Assembly: GCA_014905635.1 (NCBI GenBank)
Contig: JABVCE010000012.1
Coordinates: 186,001-250,000 of the forward strand
Length of the DNA stretch: 64,000 nt
Direction of reading: 5' to 3'
Source: Scenedesmus sp. PABB004
Lineage: Eukaryota
Each line of letters starts with the position of its first letter. Position 1 is the stretch's first letter. Below are positions 43,495 to 55,315 of this stretch, one piece after another. The position numbers and the translations under genes are program-made. A model generated the notes under the pieces. It ran no database searches, was not told where the DNA came from, and saw only the letters and a list, made by a program, of their open reading frames with translations.

Positions 43495-44815
43495 TCACAC
43501 GCGCTGCGCCGCCGCGACAGCCGCGTCAGCGACTGCCTTGACCGCCGCGCCCAGCACGCCCGCCGCGCCGACGCTCGCGAGCGAGTCGACTGCCGCCAGG
43601 CTGACCACGTCCGGCGGCGCCGGCGCGCCCTCGCCCACGCGCTGCAGGTCGCGCAGCCGCAGCACGAGCGCACGCACGTCAGGCGCCTGCGGCGGCGGGA
43701 CGCGGCGGCGGGCCGCGCTGGGCGCGCGGTCCGCGTGCGCGCGCCTGCTTCTGCGCCGGCGCCGCCGCTGCGCCGCGCGCCCCGCAGCGCCGCGGCCGCA
43801 CCTCGCCGAGCCCTGCCGCGCGCATGGCGCGCAGCTGGTCGTTGTACAGCTGCGTCAGGCTCTCCTGCAGGGCGCCCATGACCGCCGCGCGCGCGGGCGG
43901 CGGCGCGAGCGCGGCCGCCGCGCCGGCGGCCAGCCCCGCCGCCCGCAGCAGCCCCAGCAGCGCCGACGGCCGCGCGCGGTGCCTGCGGCGCGGCGCGGCG
44001 CGGCGCGGCGCGGCGCGCTGAGCCGCGGCGCGGCAGCGGGCAGGCGGGGCGGGGGCGCTGCTGCGCGCGCTGCGCCGCATGCGCTGTGCTCTGTGCGACC
44101 CGCATCTGTCAAGCCGGCCGCTGCTTGGCGCCGGTCAGTGTTCAGAGGCCGCGGCGCTCGCTGTGGGATGGCCGCAGCGGGGTGCGCCGCGGGGCTGGCG
44201 CGGCGCACCCGCGCCGCCGCGGGGCGCGGCGGCGGCCGCCATCCGGGCTGCGGGCTGGGCGGCGCGCGCGCGTGCGGCGCGTGGCCGTGGCCGGCCGCGC
44301 GGGCGGTGAGCGGGCGCTCACCGCGGCAGCAGCTGCTGCACCTCCGCCAGCGCCTCGCGCTCCTGGTCGGCGAAAAGCGCGGCGTCCGGCCGGCCCCGCA
44401 GCACCGCCTGCTGCCCCGCCAGCACCTGCGCCATGGCCGCCTGCGGGCGCGCGGCGCGCGGCGCGCTGGGCGCGCGGCGCGCTGGGCTCGCCGGCGCGTG
44501 CGCGTCGCGCCGCCGCCGCACCTCTGCCGCGTGCGCCTGGCGCAGCAGCGACCGCAGCAGCGCCTGCCGCTCCCGCTCCGGCACCTGCTCCGGCTCGTCG
44601 TGCTGCTCCAGGAAGGAGAAGGCCTCCGGCTGCGGCGCGGCGGGCTGGCCGCCGCCGACGCCGCTTTTGCTGCTGCTGCTGCCGCTGCCGCCGCCGCTGT
44701 GCGCCGCGCGGCGGCCCGCCGCTCCGCCAGCAGCTGCATGGGCGTGGGCGCAGCCCAGGGCGCCGCCCCAGCCCCGCCCGAGCAGCGCCTGCGCGGCGCG
44801 GAGGGCGGGCGCCAT
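43495..44815 (-). CDS. COQ7-like (ferritin-like) protein with degenerate di-iron motifs
   Basis: RQAHAAE/AAMAQVLAGQQAVL, DQEREAL, RARPSALL, G.A.GA..AL, QESLTQLYNDQLR and LRD align by eye with COQ7; mitochondrial-type N-terminus. Confidence 0.68.
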
Positions 44816-45099
44816 CTGGTGGTGCTGCTGCTGGCGCCGGGAGCGCGCGCGCTGCGCTGGGGAGTGAGTTGCGGGGGCGGCACACTGCTCGCTGTCAACT
44901 CGCCAGGCGGTCGTCAACCCCGGCGCGGGCTCTGGCGCCAGAACGCCGCGACCTGGCGCGCTCTCCGCCGCCGCCCGCCACTCCCGCGCGCCCCCCGTCC
45001 TCCACGACGACGACACGCGGTGCCACCCACCCAGCCAGACAGGCGCCGCTGCTCACACGCCGGCCGCCGCTTCGCCGCCGCTGCGCCGCCGCCGCGACG

Positions 45100-46565
45100 A
45101 TGAAGCGGCGCTTCGACTCGGACGCGGAGGACTCTGACGGACCGCCGGAGGAGGAGCTGGCAGCGCGGCGGCCGCCGGCGCGGCGGCGAGCAGCCGCCGC
45201 GGGCGCCGACGCCGGCGGCGGCAGCAGCAGCCGCGGCGGCGGCTCGGACGACGGCGGCGGCAGCGACGGCAGCGGCTCCGACGACGGCAGCGACGCGGAG
45301 CTGGAGGAGGCGGAGCGCGCGCTCGAGGAGCGGCTCGCGGACGTGCCGTTTGAGGTGCTCGCGCGCCTCGCCGGCGACGGCGCCGGCCCCAGCCCCGCCG
45401 CAGCGCGCGCGGCCGCGGCGGCGGCCAAGGCGCGCGGGAGTTTCCACCGCGAATCCAAGAACCGCCCCCAGGAGCTCTCGAGCAAGCGCCCCGTGTCGCG
45501 CTTCCGGGAGGTCATCCAGGTCGCCAAGCAGTGAGCGCCGCCGCCGCCGCGGAAGCTCTCGCCCGCCCTCCCCCTTCCCGCGCGCCGCCCCCCCCCCCCG
45601 CCACGCCCGGCCCCTCGCTGCCGGCGCGCTGCGCCGCGCCCGCCGCCGCGCCGCCCGGCCCCCGCCCACCGCACCGCCGCGCCGCGCCGCCGCCGGCTGC
45701 CGGTCAGCCCCGCCAAGGACCCGCGCTTTGACGCGACGATCGGCGGCGCGCCGTTTGACCGGGCGCGCTTTGCGGCGCGCTACGGCTTCCTGTATGACGA
45801 GGTGCTGCCCGCGGAGCGCGCGGCGGTCAAGGACGCGCTCAAGGTGCGGCGGGCGGCGCGTGTGCGGGCGTGCGTGTGGGCGCGGGGGCGTGCGTCTGCT
45901 GTCTGCTTGCCTGGCGGAGGGCAGGGGCCGGTCTGGGGACGCAGGCGCGCGGACGGGCGGGCCGCAGCGTGCGCGCGCTGCGTGCGTGCTGCCGCGCCGG
46001 CGCCGACCGGCCGGCCGCCCGCCCGCGCCCCGGCTGCCTCCGCCGCCGCAGAAGGAGAAGCGCGAGGGCAAGCGGCGCGAGCTGGCGGCGCAGCTCACGC
46101 GCCTGCAGCAGCAGCTCGCGGACGAGCGCGCGCGGCGCAAGAGCGAGGCGCTGGGCAAGGAATGGAAGGTGGGCGGACGTGCCGCTGCCGCTGCCGCCGC
46201 CGCTGCCGCTGCCGCTGCTGCTGGGGCGCGTCCGCCGGCTGCGGCGGGGCCTTGCGGCGGTGGAGGCGGCTCTGCGCACGCGCGCACGCAGCGCCGGCGC
46301 GGCCCGGCCCGCTGCCCACGCCGCCGCGCTCGCTTGCCCCGTGCCGCGCGCCGCGCAGGCCCAGGAGAAGGCGGCGGTCGCGGGCGGCAAGGCGCCCTTT
46401 TTCCTCGGCCGCGGCGCGCAGCGCACGCGGCAGCTCGTGTCGCGCTACGAGGAGCTCAAGAGCGCGGGGCAGCTGGACAAGTTCATGGAGAAGCGGCGCA
46501 AGAAGAACGCGGCCAAGGACCACAGGTACCTGCCGACCGGCCGCCGCGGCGGCGGCGGCGAGTGA
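45100..46565 (+). CDS. RRP36: rRNA biogenesis protein RRP36 (DUF947)
   Basis: KNRPQELSSKRPVSRFR, DPRFD, YGFLYD, GKAPFFL, YEELKSAGQLDKFMEKRRKKNAAKD. Confidence 0.92.
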
Positions 46566-46674
46566 GCGGCGCGCCGCGGCGCGGCGAGCGACGCGAGCGC
46601 GAGCGAGCGGCGCGAGAGCGAGCCACGGCCGGCCCGGCCTGCAACCGCGGCGTGCGGCGCCGCACCGCGCCCGC

Positions 46675-47293
46675 GCCCGGCAGCGGCGACACGAGGAGCG
46701 GCGGTGCAGGGCCCAGGGCGCAGGCGCCGCCCGGCCGGCTGCCCGCGCCGCCGCCGAGCAGGAGGCCCCCACGACCCGCCCCGCCGCCCACAGCCGCCGC
46801 CCTCAGCGCCTCCCTGCCACACACGCACACACGCACGAGCGCCGGCCGCGGCCCACAGCTCCCGCACGCACACGCGCCGCTGCTGTTCGAATTGCAGCGC
46901 CCGCCCCCGCCCGCGGCGCGCCCCTGGCCAGGCGGGGCGACGCGCGTCGGGCGCCTGACGGCCGGGCTGACCCGCCCAGCGCAGCACCAGGCGAGCCGCG
47001 CGCGCGGGCGGGCGGGGAGGGCAGCGGCGGCAGGCAGGCAGCGCTGCTGCGCGGCGCCCGCTGCGGGCGGCGGGGGCACCGGCGGTGCGCGGGTGGCGGG
47101 CGTGTGGCGTGTACCGCCGCGCCTGCGCGCCCCGGGCGCCGCTGGCAGGCCCGCCGCCGCGCCGCCGCGCCACGGGGCGGGGGCGGGCGCCGCGTGCTGC
47201 TGCTGCCGCTGCGCTCACGCCGCCCGCGTGCTCGCGCCCGCTGCCGGCGGCGCCTGCTGCTCCCTGCTGGCCCGCAGGCTCCCAGGCGGCGCC
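46675..47293 (+). repeat. Conserved upstream region of cassette copy 8
   Basis: Anchor cggtgcagggcccagggcgcaggcg at ~46702. Confidence 0.85.
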
Positions 47294-48174
47294 ATGTCCT
47301 CGCCGGCGGGCAAGCGGCGCGCCGGGCCGACCATGCGCGCGCGGGCGGCAGCGGCAGCGGCGGCGGGCGAGGCGCCCGGCGGCGACGAGGCGGCGCCGAG
47401 GTGGGCGCTGCTGCTGCTGCTGCCCCCCCCCCCCCACACACACACAAACGGCTGGTGCTGCTTGGCTGCCACTTCACCGCCGCGCCCGCCCTGCCCCGCG
47501 CGCGTCGCCGCCAGCAGCCCGCTGCCGGAGCTGCCTATGCCCCTCGTGCTCCACGTCCTGAGCTTCCTGCCGCCGGCCCTGCGGGCGTGGGCCGCCAAGC
47601 TGGTCTGCAAGGCGGCACGCGAGCGCTTCTGCGGTGCCACAGACGTCTCGCTGCGCTGCCCCGAGCTGCCGCTGGCGGCGGTGCAGGAGGCCTGGCGGGC
47701 GGTGCAGGGTGACGGGTGGGAGCAGCAGTCTAAGCTCGCCAAGGCGCGCGCGGCGTGCATCGACATGGTGGGGCTGGCCTGGCTGCGCGGCGCTGGCTGC
47801 TGGATGGGCGGTGTGGGCTGGGAAGCAGCACAGCACGGCCAGCTCGCCGTGCTGGAGTGGGCACGCGACCAGGGGCTGGGCCTGGAGCTCGTGTGCGCTG
47901 GAGCGTGCTGGAGGAGGCGTGCGGTGTCGCGGCTGAGCGGGGGCACCTGGAGGCGCTGCGCTGGCTGCGCGCCAACGGCTGCCCTTGGGCGCGCGGCGAA
48001 TGTGAGAGCGTGGCGGCAGGCGAAGGGCACGAGGCCGTGGCCGCGTGGATCCGGGCGCAGCCTGCGGCGCCGGACGATGAGCCTGTCTGGGACTCGGATG
48101 AGGAAGAGGAGGAGGGCTGGAGCTCGGACGAGGGGGAGAACGAGGAGGGGGAGGAGGGGGAGCATGCTGCGTGA
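47294..48174 (+). pseudogene. F-box/ankyrin-like cassette gene, copy 8 (two repeats deleted, frameshifted)
   Basis: The junction at ~47905 joins LELVCAG to the last repeat out of frame; long acidic tail. Confidence 0.8.
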
Positions 48175-48409
48175 GTGCGGCCGGCAGTGCGCCGCCCCAG
48201 GCTGCCGCGGCTGTGCCCGGCCGCGGCTGGCGGCCAACCGGTTGCGCGTGTGCGTGTGTGGGGCCGCGCCGCGCTGCGTGCGCCCAGCGGCAACGGACGG
48301 AGCTGGCGTCACGTTGGGTGAAACGCGCGGGGTGCGCGCCTCGCTCACGCCTCGCCCGCCCCGCGCGGCGCCTGCTGCCAGCGGCAGACCCCCCCGACTG
48401 GAGGAGGGA

Positions 48410-51400
48410 TCACTGCTTCGCCTTGCCGCCGCTCCCGCCGCGTGACAGCGCGCGCGCGAGCCGCCGCCCGAGGCCCTCGCTGCCGCTGCTGCCGCTGCCC
48501 GGGGCGCCGCCCGCCTTGGCCGGCGACCTGAAGATAGGTGCCGCCCGGCCGACGGGCGCCGACACGGCGCTGGCGCCCAAGCGCGGGCTGGTGCCGCCGC
48601 TCGCGTCGCCAGCGGTGCCCGCCGCCGGCCTCGTCGCCGCGCCCGGGCCGGCGTCGGCGCTGCCAGTGCTGCCGCTGCGCGCTGCGGGGATGCGGGACGG
48701 CCGGGACGCGCCGACGCCCGCACCCGGCCTCGCGCCGCCCTTGACCGCTGCTGCGAGCGCTGGCGGCATCGCGAGCGCGCCGGCGGTGCGCGGCGAGGGC
48801 GGCACGGAGCCGGCCGGCGAGGCGGGCGCCGAGCCACTCCCCAACCTGCGGTCCAACGCGCCGCGCGCGGCGGCCTGCGGGCCGGCCCGCGCGCCGTCGG
48901 GGCTGGCAAGCTGGCCCGGCAGCGCCAGCGGCGGCGCGGCACGGCGTGGCGGCGCTGTGGCCGCCTGCGCGCTGCTGCCAGCTTGCGTCTCCTCCAATGG
49001 CCCGGCCGCCCGCATGCCCGGCGCCTGCGAGCCCGCGGGGGCGGGCTCGGCGGCGCTCCCACGCGGGTCAAAGTGCGCCGCCAGAAGCTGGACGAAGCCC
49101 GGCTGCGGGTTGAGCACCACCTGCTCCGCCACGGGCCCCGCCAGCGCGGCCGCTGAGGGCCACTCGGCCGCGCCGCGGCGCGGGCTGCCGCCGCCGCCGC
49201 CGGGAGTGGTGCCGCCGCGCAGCCGCTCCAGCTCGCCCTCCATGCGCGTGCGCTGCTGCTGCTGCTGCCGCGCCGGCACCGCGCCCGCCTCCGCCAGCAC
49301 GGCCTGCAGTCGCGCGACCGCCTCGGGCGCGAGCCCGGCGAGCGGCCCGCCGGGCGCGGCCGCCGCGCGCAGCGCGGCGTCCGCGGCAGCCTGCTGCCCC
49401 TCTGCCGCGGCGTGCAGCTCGTCCAGCTGGGCCTCGAGCACCACCAGACGCTCCTCGCTGCGCGCGGCACGCGGGGCGCGCGTGGCGGGTCAGCGGGTCA
49501 GCGGGGGGTACGCGCTGCGCCGCTGCGCTGTGAGTGCGACGTGTGCTCCTGCGCACCTCGCGCACAGGCGCTGCAGCGCGAGGTCGCGGTCGCCCGCGAG
49601 CTGCGTCACCGCGCCGCAGCGGCTCGCGAGCGCAGCCTCAAGGTCCGCCGCCGTGCGCCGCGCTGCAATGAGCGCCTCCAGCGCCTCGTCGCGGCTGAGG
49701 CTCTGCGCCGCCTGCGCCTCGGCGAGCTCGCTGGTGAGGCCAGCGAGCGCGCTGATGTCGTGCGCCACCGCGGCGAGGCCGGCGGAGCGGCGCTCCGCCG
49801 CGCGCGCCGTGCCTGCGCGGGCCGCCCGGCGCGGCGCGGCGGGGTGGGCCGGTGGGCCAGCGCAGCGCGGCACGCTCGTGCGGCGCGGCGCCTCACCGCC
49901 GGGCCAGCTGCCGCGGCCGTTGCCCTCGCCCTCCTGCCTCAGCTTGGCCAGCGCGCGCCGCGCAAGTGCCTGCGCCTGCGCCTCGCCGCTGCCGTCGGCG
50001 GCGGGCTCGCCGCCGGGCACGACGACCACCACCTCGCGTGACGCGAGCGCCGAGTGCCGCCCCGCGCCGCCGCCGCCGCCGCCGGGCGCCGCCGCCGCGG
50101 AGGGCGAGGCCGGCGCGCTGTCGTCCTCGCGCGTTGGCAGCGCGGGCCGCCGGCTGCTGGCCTCGGCGAGGCTCTGGGTCATGTGGGCTGGGTTGGAGTA
50201 GGTCAGGCTCTGCAAGCACGGGGGCGGCGGTCGGGGCCGGGGCAGCACAGTGAGGGGCCGAGACCGGGACGCCGCTGGCAGTGACCGCGTGCCACGGTGG
50301 CAAGGCAGTCGGGCCCTGCCGCCTGCACCGGCGCAGCCCACCCACCTCCTCCTCGGGCTCGGCGGCAAAGGGCCGGCTGCACAGCGCGCCCTCGCTGAGC
50401 TCGGACGGCTGCGCCAGCTGCTGCTCCGGCAGGCGCGGCAGCCCGCCCAGCGGCGCCGCGAGCGGCCGCAGCACGGTCGCCGGCGCCGCGTCGCCGCCCG
50501 CGTTGCTCGGCTGCATGCTCTGCTCGGCGCCGCCGGGCAGCTGGAAGCCCGCGCCCGCCGCCGTGGCTTGGCGGCCTGCCGCCAGCGCCGCGGCGAGCTG
50601 CGCCGCGAGGTCCTCGTTGGACCGCCGCAGCGCCGCGAGCTCGCCCGCCAGCGCCGCGAGCTCTGCTTCAAGCGCCGCGCCGCGCGCGCCCTGCGCGGCG
50701 AGGCGGTCGCGCTCGGCGCGCAGCTCTGCCTGCTGCTGCGTCGCCGCGGCGAGGCCCTCGTCGAGGCCGCGTCGGTCCGCGGCGAGCGCCGCGCTGGCCG
50801 CCTCCGCCGCCGCCGCGGCCTCCGTCGCCTCGCGCAGCGCCGCGCGCAGCTCCGCGCCGGCCGCCTCGGCCGCCGCTCGCTCGGCGCGCGCAGAAGCCAG
50901 CTCGGCTGCGAGCGCGGCTGCGTCGGGGCTGGCCGGGGCTGGTGCGACGTTGCCGCCGTCACCGTCACTGCCGCCGCTGGGGGCCGGGAACGCGCGGGCG
51001 ACGATTGCCTCAACCTCCTGCGCGCTGCGCGCCGCGAGCAGGCTCTCCGGCAGCGCTGCGTCCGACGCGCGCTCGGCCGCGGCGACGGCGCCCGTGCCCG
51101 CGGGGCTGGCGGCCGCGGGCGCCTGCACGCGGCGGCGCGGGCGGCGCGGGCGGTCGGCCGCGGCGACGCGCGCCGGCAGCAGCAGAAAGCTGGCAGCAGG
51201 GGCGCGCCGGCGCCCGCGCCCGCACCTCGGCACCGTCGCCGCCTGCCAGCACCTCCTGCGCGCTCTGGCTGATCAGCTCCAGCCGCAGGTCCTGCGCCTG
51301 CATGCTCAGCAGGCTCTGCTTTGCCGCTGCCATCGCCGCCATCGCCGGCTCCAGCGCCGCCCCGACCGCGAGGCTGCGGGTCGTCGCTGCGCCGACCTGG

Positions 51401-54400
51401 GCCGTGAGCGCAGCAAAGCGCGCCGCCGCCGCGTGGCGCGCGGAGCTCGGCGAGCGCGGCGACAGCGCCGAGGAAGCGCCGCCGCCCGGTTCGCGCGGGC
51501 TGCCGGCCAGCGCGGCGAGCGCCGCCGCCGCGTCGTCGCCGGCCTGGCTGCGCCAGCTGGCACGCTGCGCCGCGCCACCGGGCGAGGCGGGCGGCGGCTG
51601 AGCCCACTTGGCTGCGTCGTGCGCGTGCTTGCGCAGCCGGAGCAGCACAGCGTGGATGGCCTGTGCGTGCGATGCGCGGCCGGGCGCGCACTTCAGCAGC
51701 GCGCCCCGCTGCAGCAAAGGCGCCGCGTCACAGCCAGCGCCGCGCCCGCCGCACCTCCAGGTGGGGGTTGGCAAAGGTCACGCCCAGGCCCTCCACGTCC
51801 TCCCAGCGCTCGTGGCCCGCCACAAAGGCCAGCGCCAGCGTGTCCTGCTCCCACGTGCTCAGCTGCGCGCGCGCGGCGGCGAGGTCTGCGCCGAGGTCCG
51901 CGCCGCCCCCGGGCGTGCTCAGCTGCTGCGCCTGCTGCTGCGCGGCACGCCGCGCCGCGGCCAGCGCGTCGCGCTCGGCGGCCAGCGCCGCCTGCCGCGC
52001 GTGCGTGGCCGCCAGGTCGCGCACGGCCGCCTCCAGCTGCGCGACGGTGTCCCGCAGCCCCTGACCGACCGCCTCCAGCTGCTCGCGCAGGCCGGCCTCC
52101 TTGGCCGCAAACGCGGCGGCCGCGGCCGCGAGCTCTGCCCGAAGGCCGGCGGCGAGCTCCCCCCGGGCATCGCGCTCATCCGACGCGGCCGCCTCCTGCT
52201 CGGCCTGCTGCTGCAGCGCCGCCGCCCGCACGGCAGCCTCGCGCTCGCGCGCCTGCTGCGCTGCGGCGAGCTGCTGCGCCGCGTCGCGGCGTGCGGCAGA
52301 GAGCTGGCCCTCAAGCGCCGCCAGCTCGGCCGCGGAGGCCTCGGCTGCCGCCGCCACCGCCGCGGCCGCGGCAGCGCCCGCTGCCTGCGCCTGCTCGTGC
52401 AGCGCCGCCAGCGCCGCGGCGTGAGCGGCCGCGGCGCCCTCCCGGCCGCGCTCCGCGTCTGCCGCAGCGCACGCCAGCGCGCGTGCGTGCTGCTCCTGCA
52501 GGTCGCGCAGCTGCTCCGCATGCGCCGCCTCGGCGCTCACGTGCAAGCCTGCAGCCACCGCCGCCAGCTCGGCGGCGTGCTGGGCAGCGAGCTCTGCCAG
52601 CGCGGCCGCGTGGGCGCCGGCGGCCTCGGCCGCGGCGGCCGTGGCGGCTCGGTCCGCCGCCGCCAGCGCGTCCGCGTGCGCCGCTACGAGGGCCGCTGCC
52701 GCGGCCCCATGCTCCGCTGCCGAGGCGTCGAGCCGCCCCCGCAGCGCCGCGGACTCGGCCGTCGCCGCTGCCAGCGCGCCCTCCAGCTGCGCGGCGCGCG
52801 CCGCGGCCGCCTCGGCCTCGGCGGCGTGGCGCGCGCGCAGCTGCGCCAGCTCGGCCTGCAGGCCTGCCGCCGCCTCCTGCGCCTCCGCGGCTGCTGCCAT
52901 CTGCTGCTCGCGTGCCTGCTGCGCGGCCGTCAGCTCGGCACGCGCCTGTGCATGCTCCGCCTGCAGCGCCGCGTGCGCGGCGGCCAGCCTGGCCGCCTCC
53001 TCGGACGCCGCCACCGCCTGCCGCGCCTCGACCACCTGCAGCGCCGCCACTGCCTGGCCGTGCGCCGCCACCCGCTCGGCGAGGCTCGCCTGCAGGCCAG
53101 CCACCTGCTCCCGCAGCCCCGCCTCTGAGGCCGACAGCGCCACCACGTCGGCGCGCAGCTGCTCGGCCGCCGCGAGCCAGCCCGCCAGCGCGGCGCCCGC
53201 CGCCGCGCCCTGCATCGCTGCGCCGCACGCCGCAGCCGCGCCGGACGCGGCCGCACCAGACGCGGCCGCAAGCGCCGCGCTGCCAGCGGCCGCCGCGGGC
53301 GCGAGCGCGCCGCCGAGGCGCGCGAGCGCGCTCGACAGCGCGTCGCGCTCCTCGCGCGCCGCCACCAGCAGGGACGCGAGCTCGGCGAGCTTGCCCGCGT
53401 GCGCCGCGCGGGCCTCGCCCAGCTCTGCTGCCTGCCCCGCCTTGGCGGCGACCAGCGCTGCCCGCTCACCGGCCACGTCCGCCTGCAGCTGCTCCGCCTC
53501 CGCCGCCGCCCGCAGGAGCTCCGCGCGCAGGCCGTCGCACGTCGCTTCCACCTGCTCCACGCTCGCAGCTGCGTCGCCGCGCGCGGCCGCCAGCTCGGCC
53601 TCCAGCTCGCCGCAGCGCGCGCGTGCCGCCACCACGGCCGCCGCCGCGGCTGCCCGGTCGTCCTCGAGCGCGGCCGCCCGCGCCGCGGCCGCCTTGCCGT
53701 CGGCCGCCGCCGCCGCCGCCGCCGCCGCCGCGCACTCGGCCTCCAGCGCGGCCGCCCGCGCCTGCGCCGCGTCGAGCGCGTCAGCCTGCTCCACGCGGCG
53801 CGCCTCGGCGGCAGCCGCCGCAGCCGCCGCGCCGGCGCGCGCCGCGGCAAGCTGCTGCTGCAGCTCGCCCGCGCGTCGCCCGGCGGCCGCGCGCTCCGCG
53901 GCGAGCTCTGCCTCCAGGCCGGCGACGACGGGCCCGTACCCCGCGCGCAGGCCCGCCACCTCCTCCCTCAGCGCGGTGAGGCTCTGAGTGGCGGCGCCCT
54001 GCTCGGCGGCGGCCGCGGCGCCCGCGCCGCGCAGCGCCGCCTGCGCGTCGCCCACCGCCGCTGACAATGCTGCGGCGTCCGCCTGCGCGTCGGCCAGAGC
54101 GGCCCGCGCCGCGAACAGCGCCTCGGCGTTCGCGCCCCCCTCGGCCTGCCAGCGCCCCGCCTCGGCGCGCGCGCTCGCGAGCTCCGTCCGCAGCCCGGCC
54201 AGCGCGCCGCCCAGCTCGCGCTGCACGCGCGCCTTGGACGCCGCCAGCCTGGCCAGGCGCTGCTCCAGGTCGCCCACAGCCGCCGCCGCCGCGCCCTGGC
54301 TGGCCTCGAGCGCCGCCTGCGCGGCCGCGTGTGCGCGCGCCGCCTCGCCGCGTGCGTCCGCCGCCTCGTCGGCAAGCTGCTGCAGCTGGGCCTGGAAGCT

Positions 54401-55271
54401 GCGCCGCAGCAGGCGCTCCGCGCTCGCGCCCCCGCCCTCGCTCCCGCCCTCGTCCCCGCCGCGCAGCTGCTCCCGCGCGGCGTCCAGCTCCGCCCGCAGC
54501 GCGGCCTGCACCGCCGCCGCCGCCGCCAGCTGCGCGTCCCTGCCCGCCAGCGCCGCCTGCGCGGCCTCCAGCTGCCGCGCGAGCGCGCACTGCTGCGCGG
54601 CGCTGCCGGCCGCCGCGCGGCGGTGGCTGAGGATCTCCTGCCGCGCCAGCAGCGGCAGCTCCTCCAGCTCCTCCCAGCTCACCGCCTGGCTCGTGAGCGC
54701 GGGGGCGACCACCGCGCCGCGCGCCCCGCCCGAGCCGACGCCGCCGCGGGGCGGCGCGCCCGCCGGGCTGCCGCCCGCGCCGGCCGCCGGCGCCACCCAC
54801 GCCAGCACCGCCTCGTCCCTGCGGGGGTCATGCAGCACCGCGCGCGTCGCCGCCGCGGCCGCGGCCGCCGCCGCCAGCGCCCCGGGGCCCTGCCAGGCGC
54901 CGGCGCTGGCGGTGCCCGCCGCGCTGCACGGCGCGCCCGCTGCGGCCCGAGCGGCCGCCGCAGCCGCGTCGGCGGCCGCCACCTGCTCCACGACCGACAG
55001 CGGCCGGCCGCGCGGCGCCGGGGTGCCCCTGCGGTGCCGGTGCCAGGCGGGGCCGACCGCCGCCACCGCGTCGGCGCTGACACTGCCGGGCTGCAGCGCG
55101 GCAGCTGCCGCCGCCGAGCCAGCGATCGCAGGCGCGCCGCCTGCCGCGCCGCGGCCGCGCAGCAGCGTGCCCAGCATCGAGGCCGCCGCAGCCAGGGCGA
55201 CGGGCAGCAGCAGCACCGGGTCCAGGCCGCCGCGGGGTGGGAACTGCTCGAAGCCGTCCCAGCCGGGCTGC

Positions 55272-55315
<44 letters not shown>

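Noticed and set aside
46884..46897. Pol III B-box / tRNA-derived SINE (gttcgaatt in the cassette head)
   Set aside because: The motif is absent or altered in several copies, and there is no A-box or cloverleaf.
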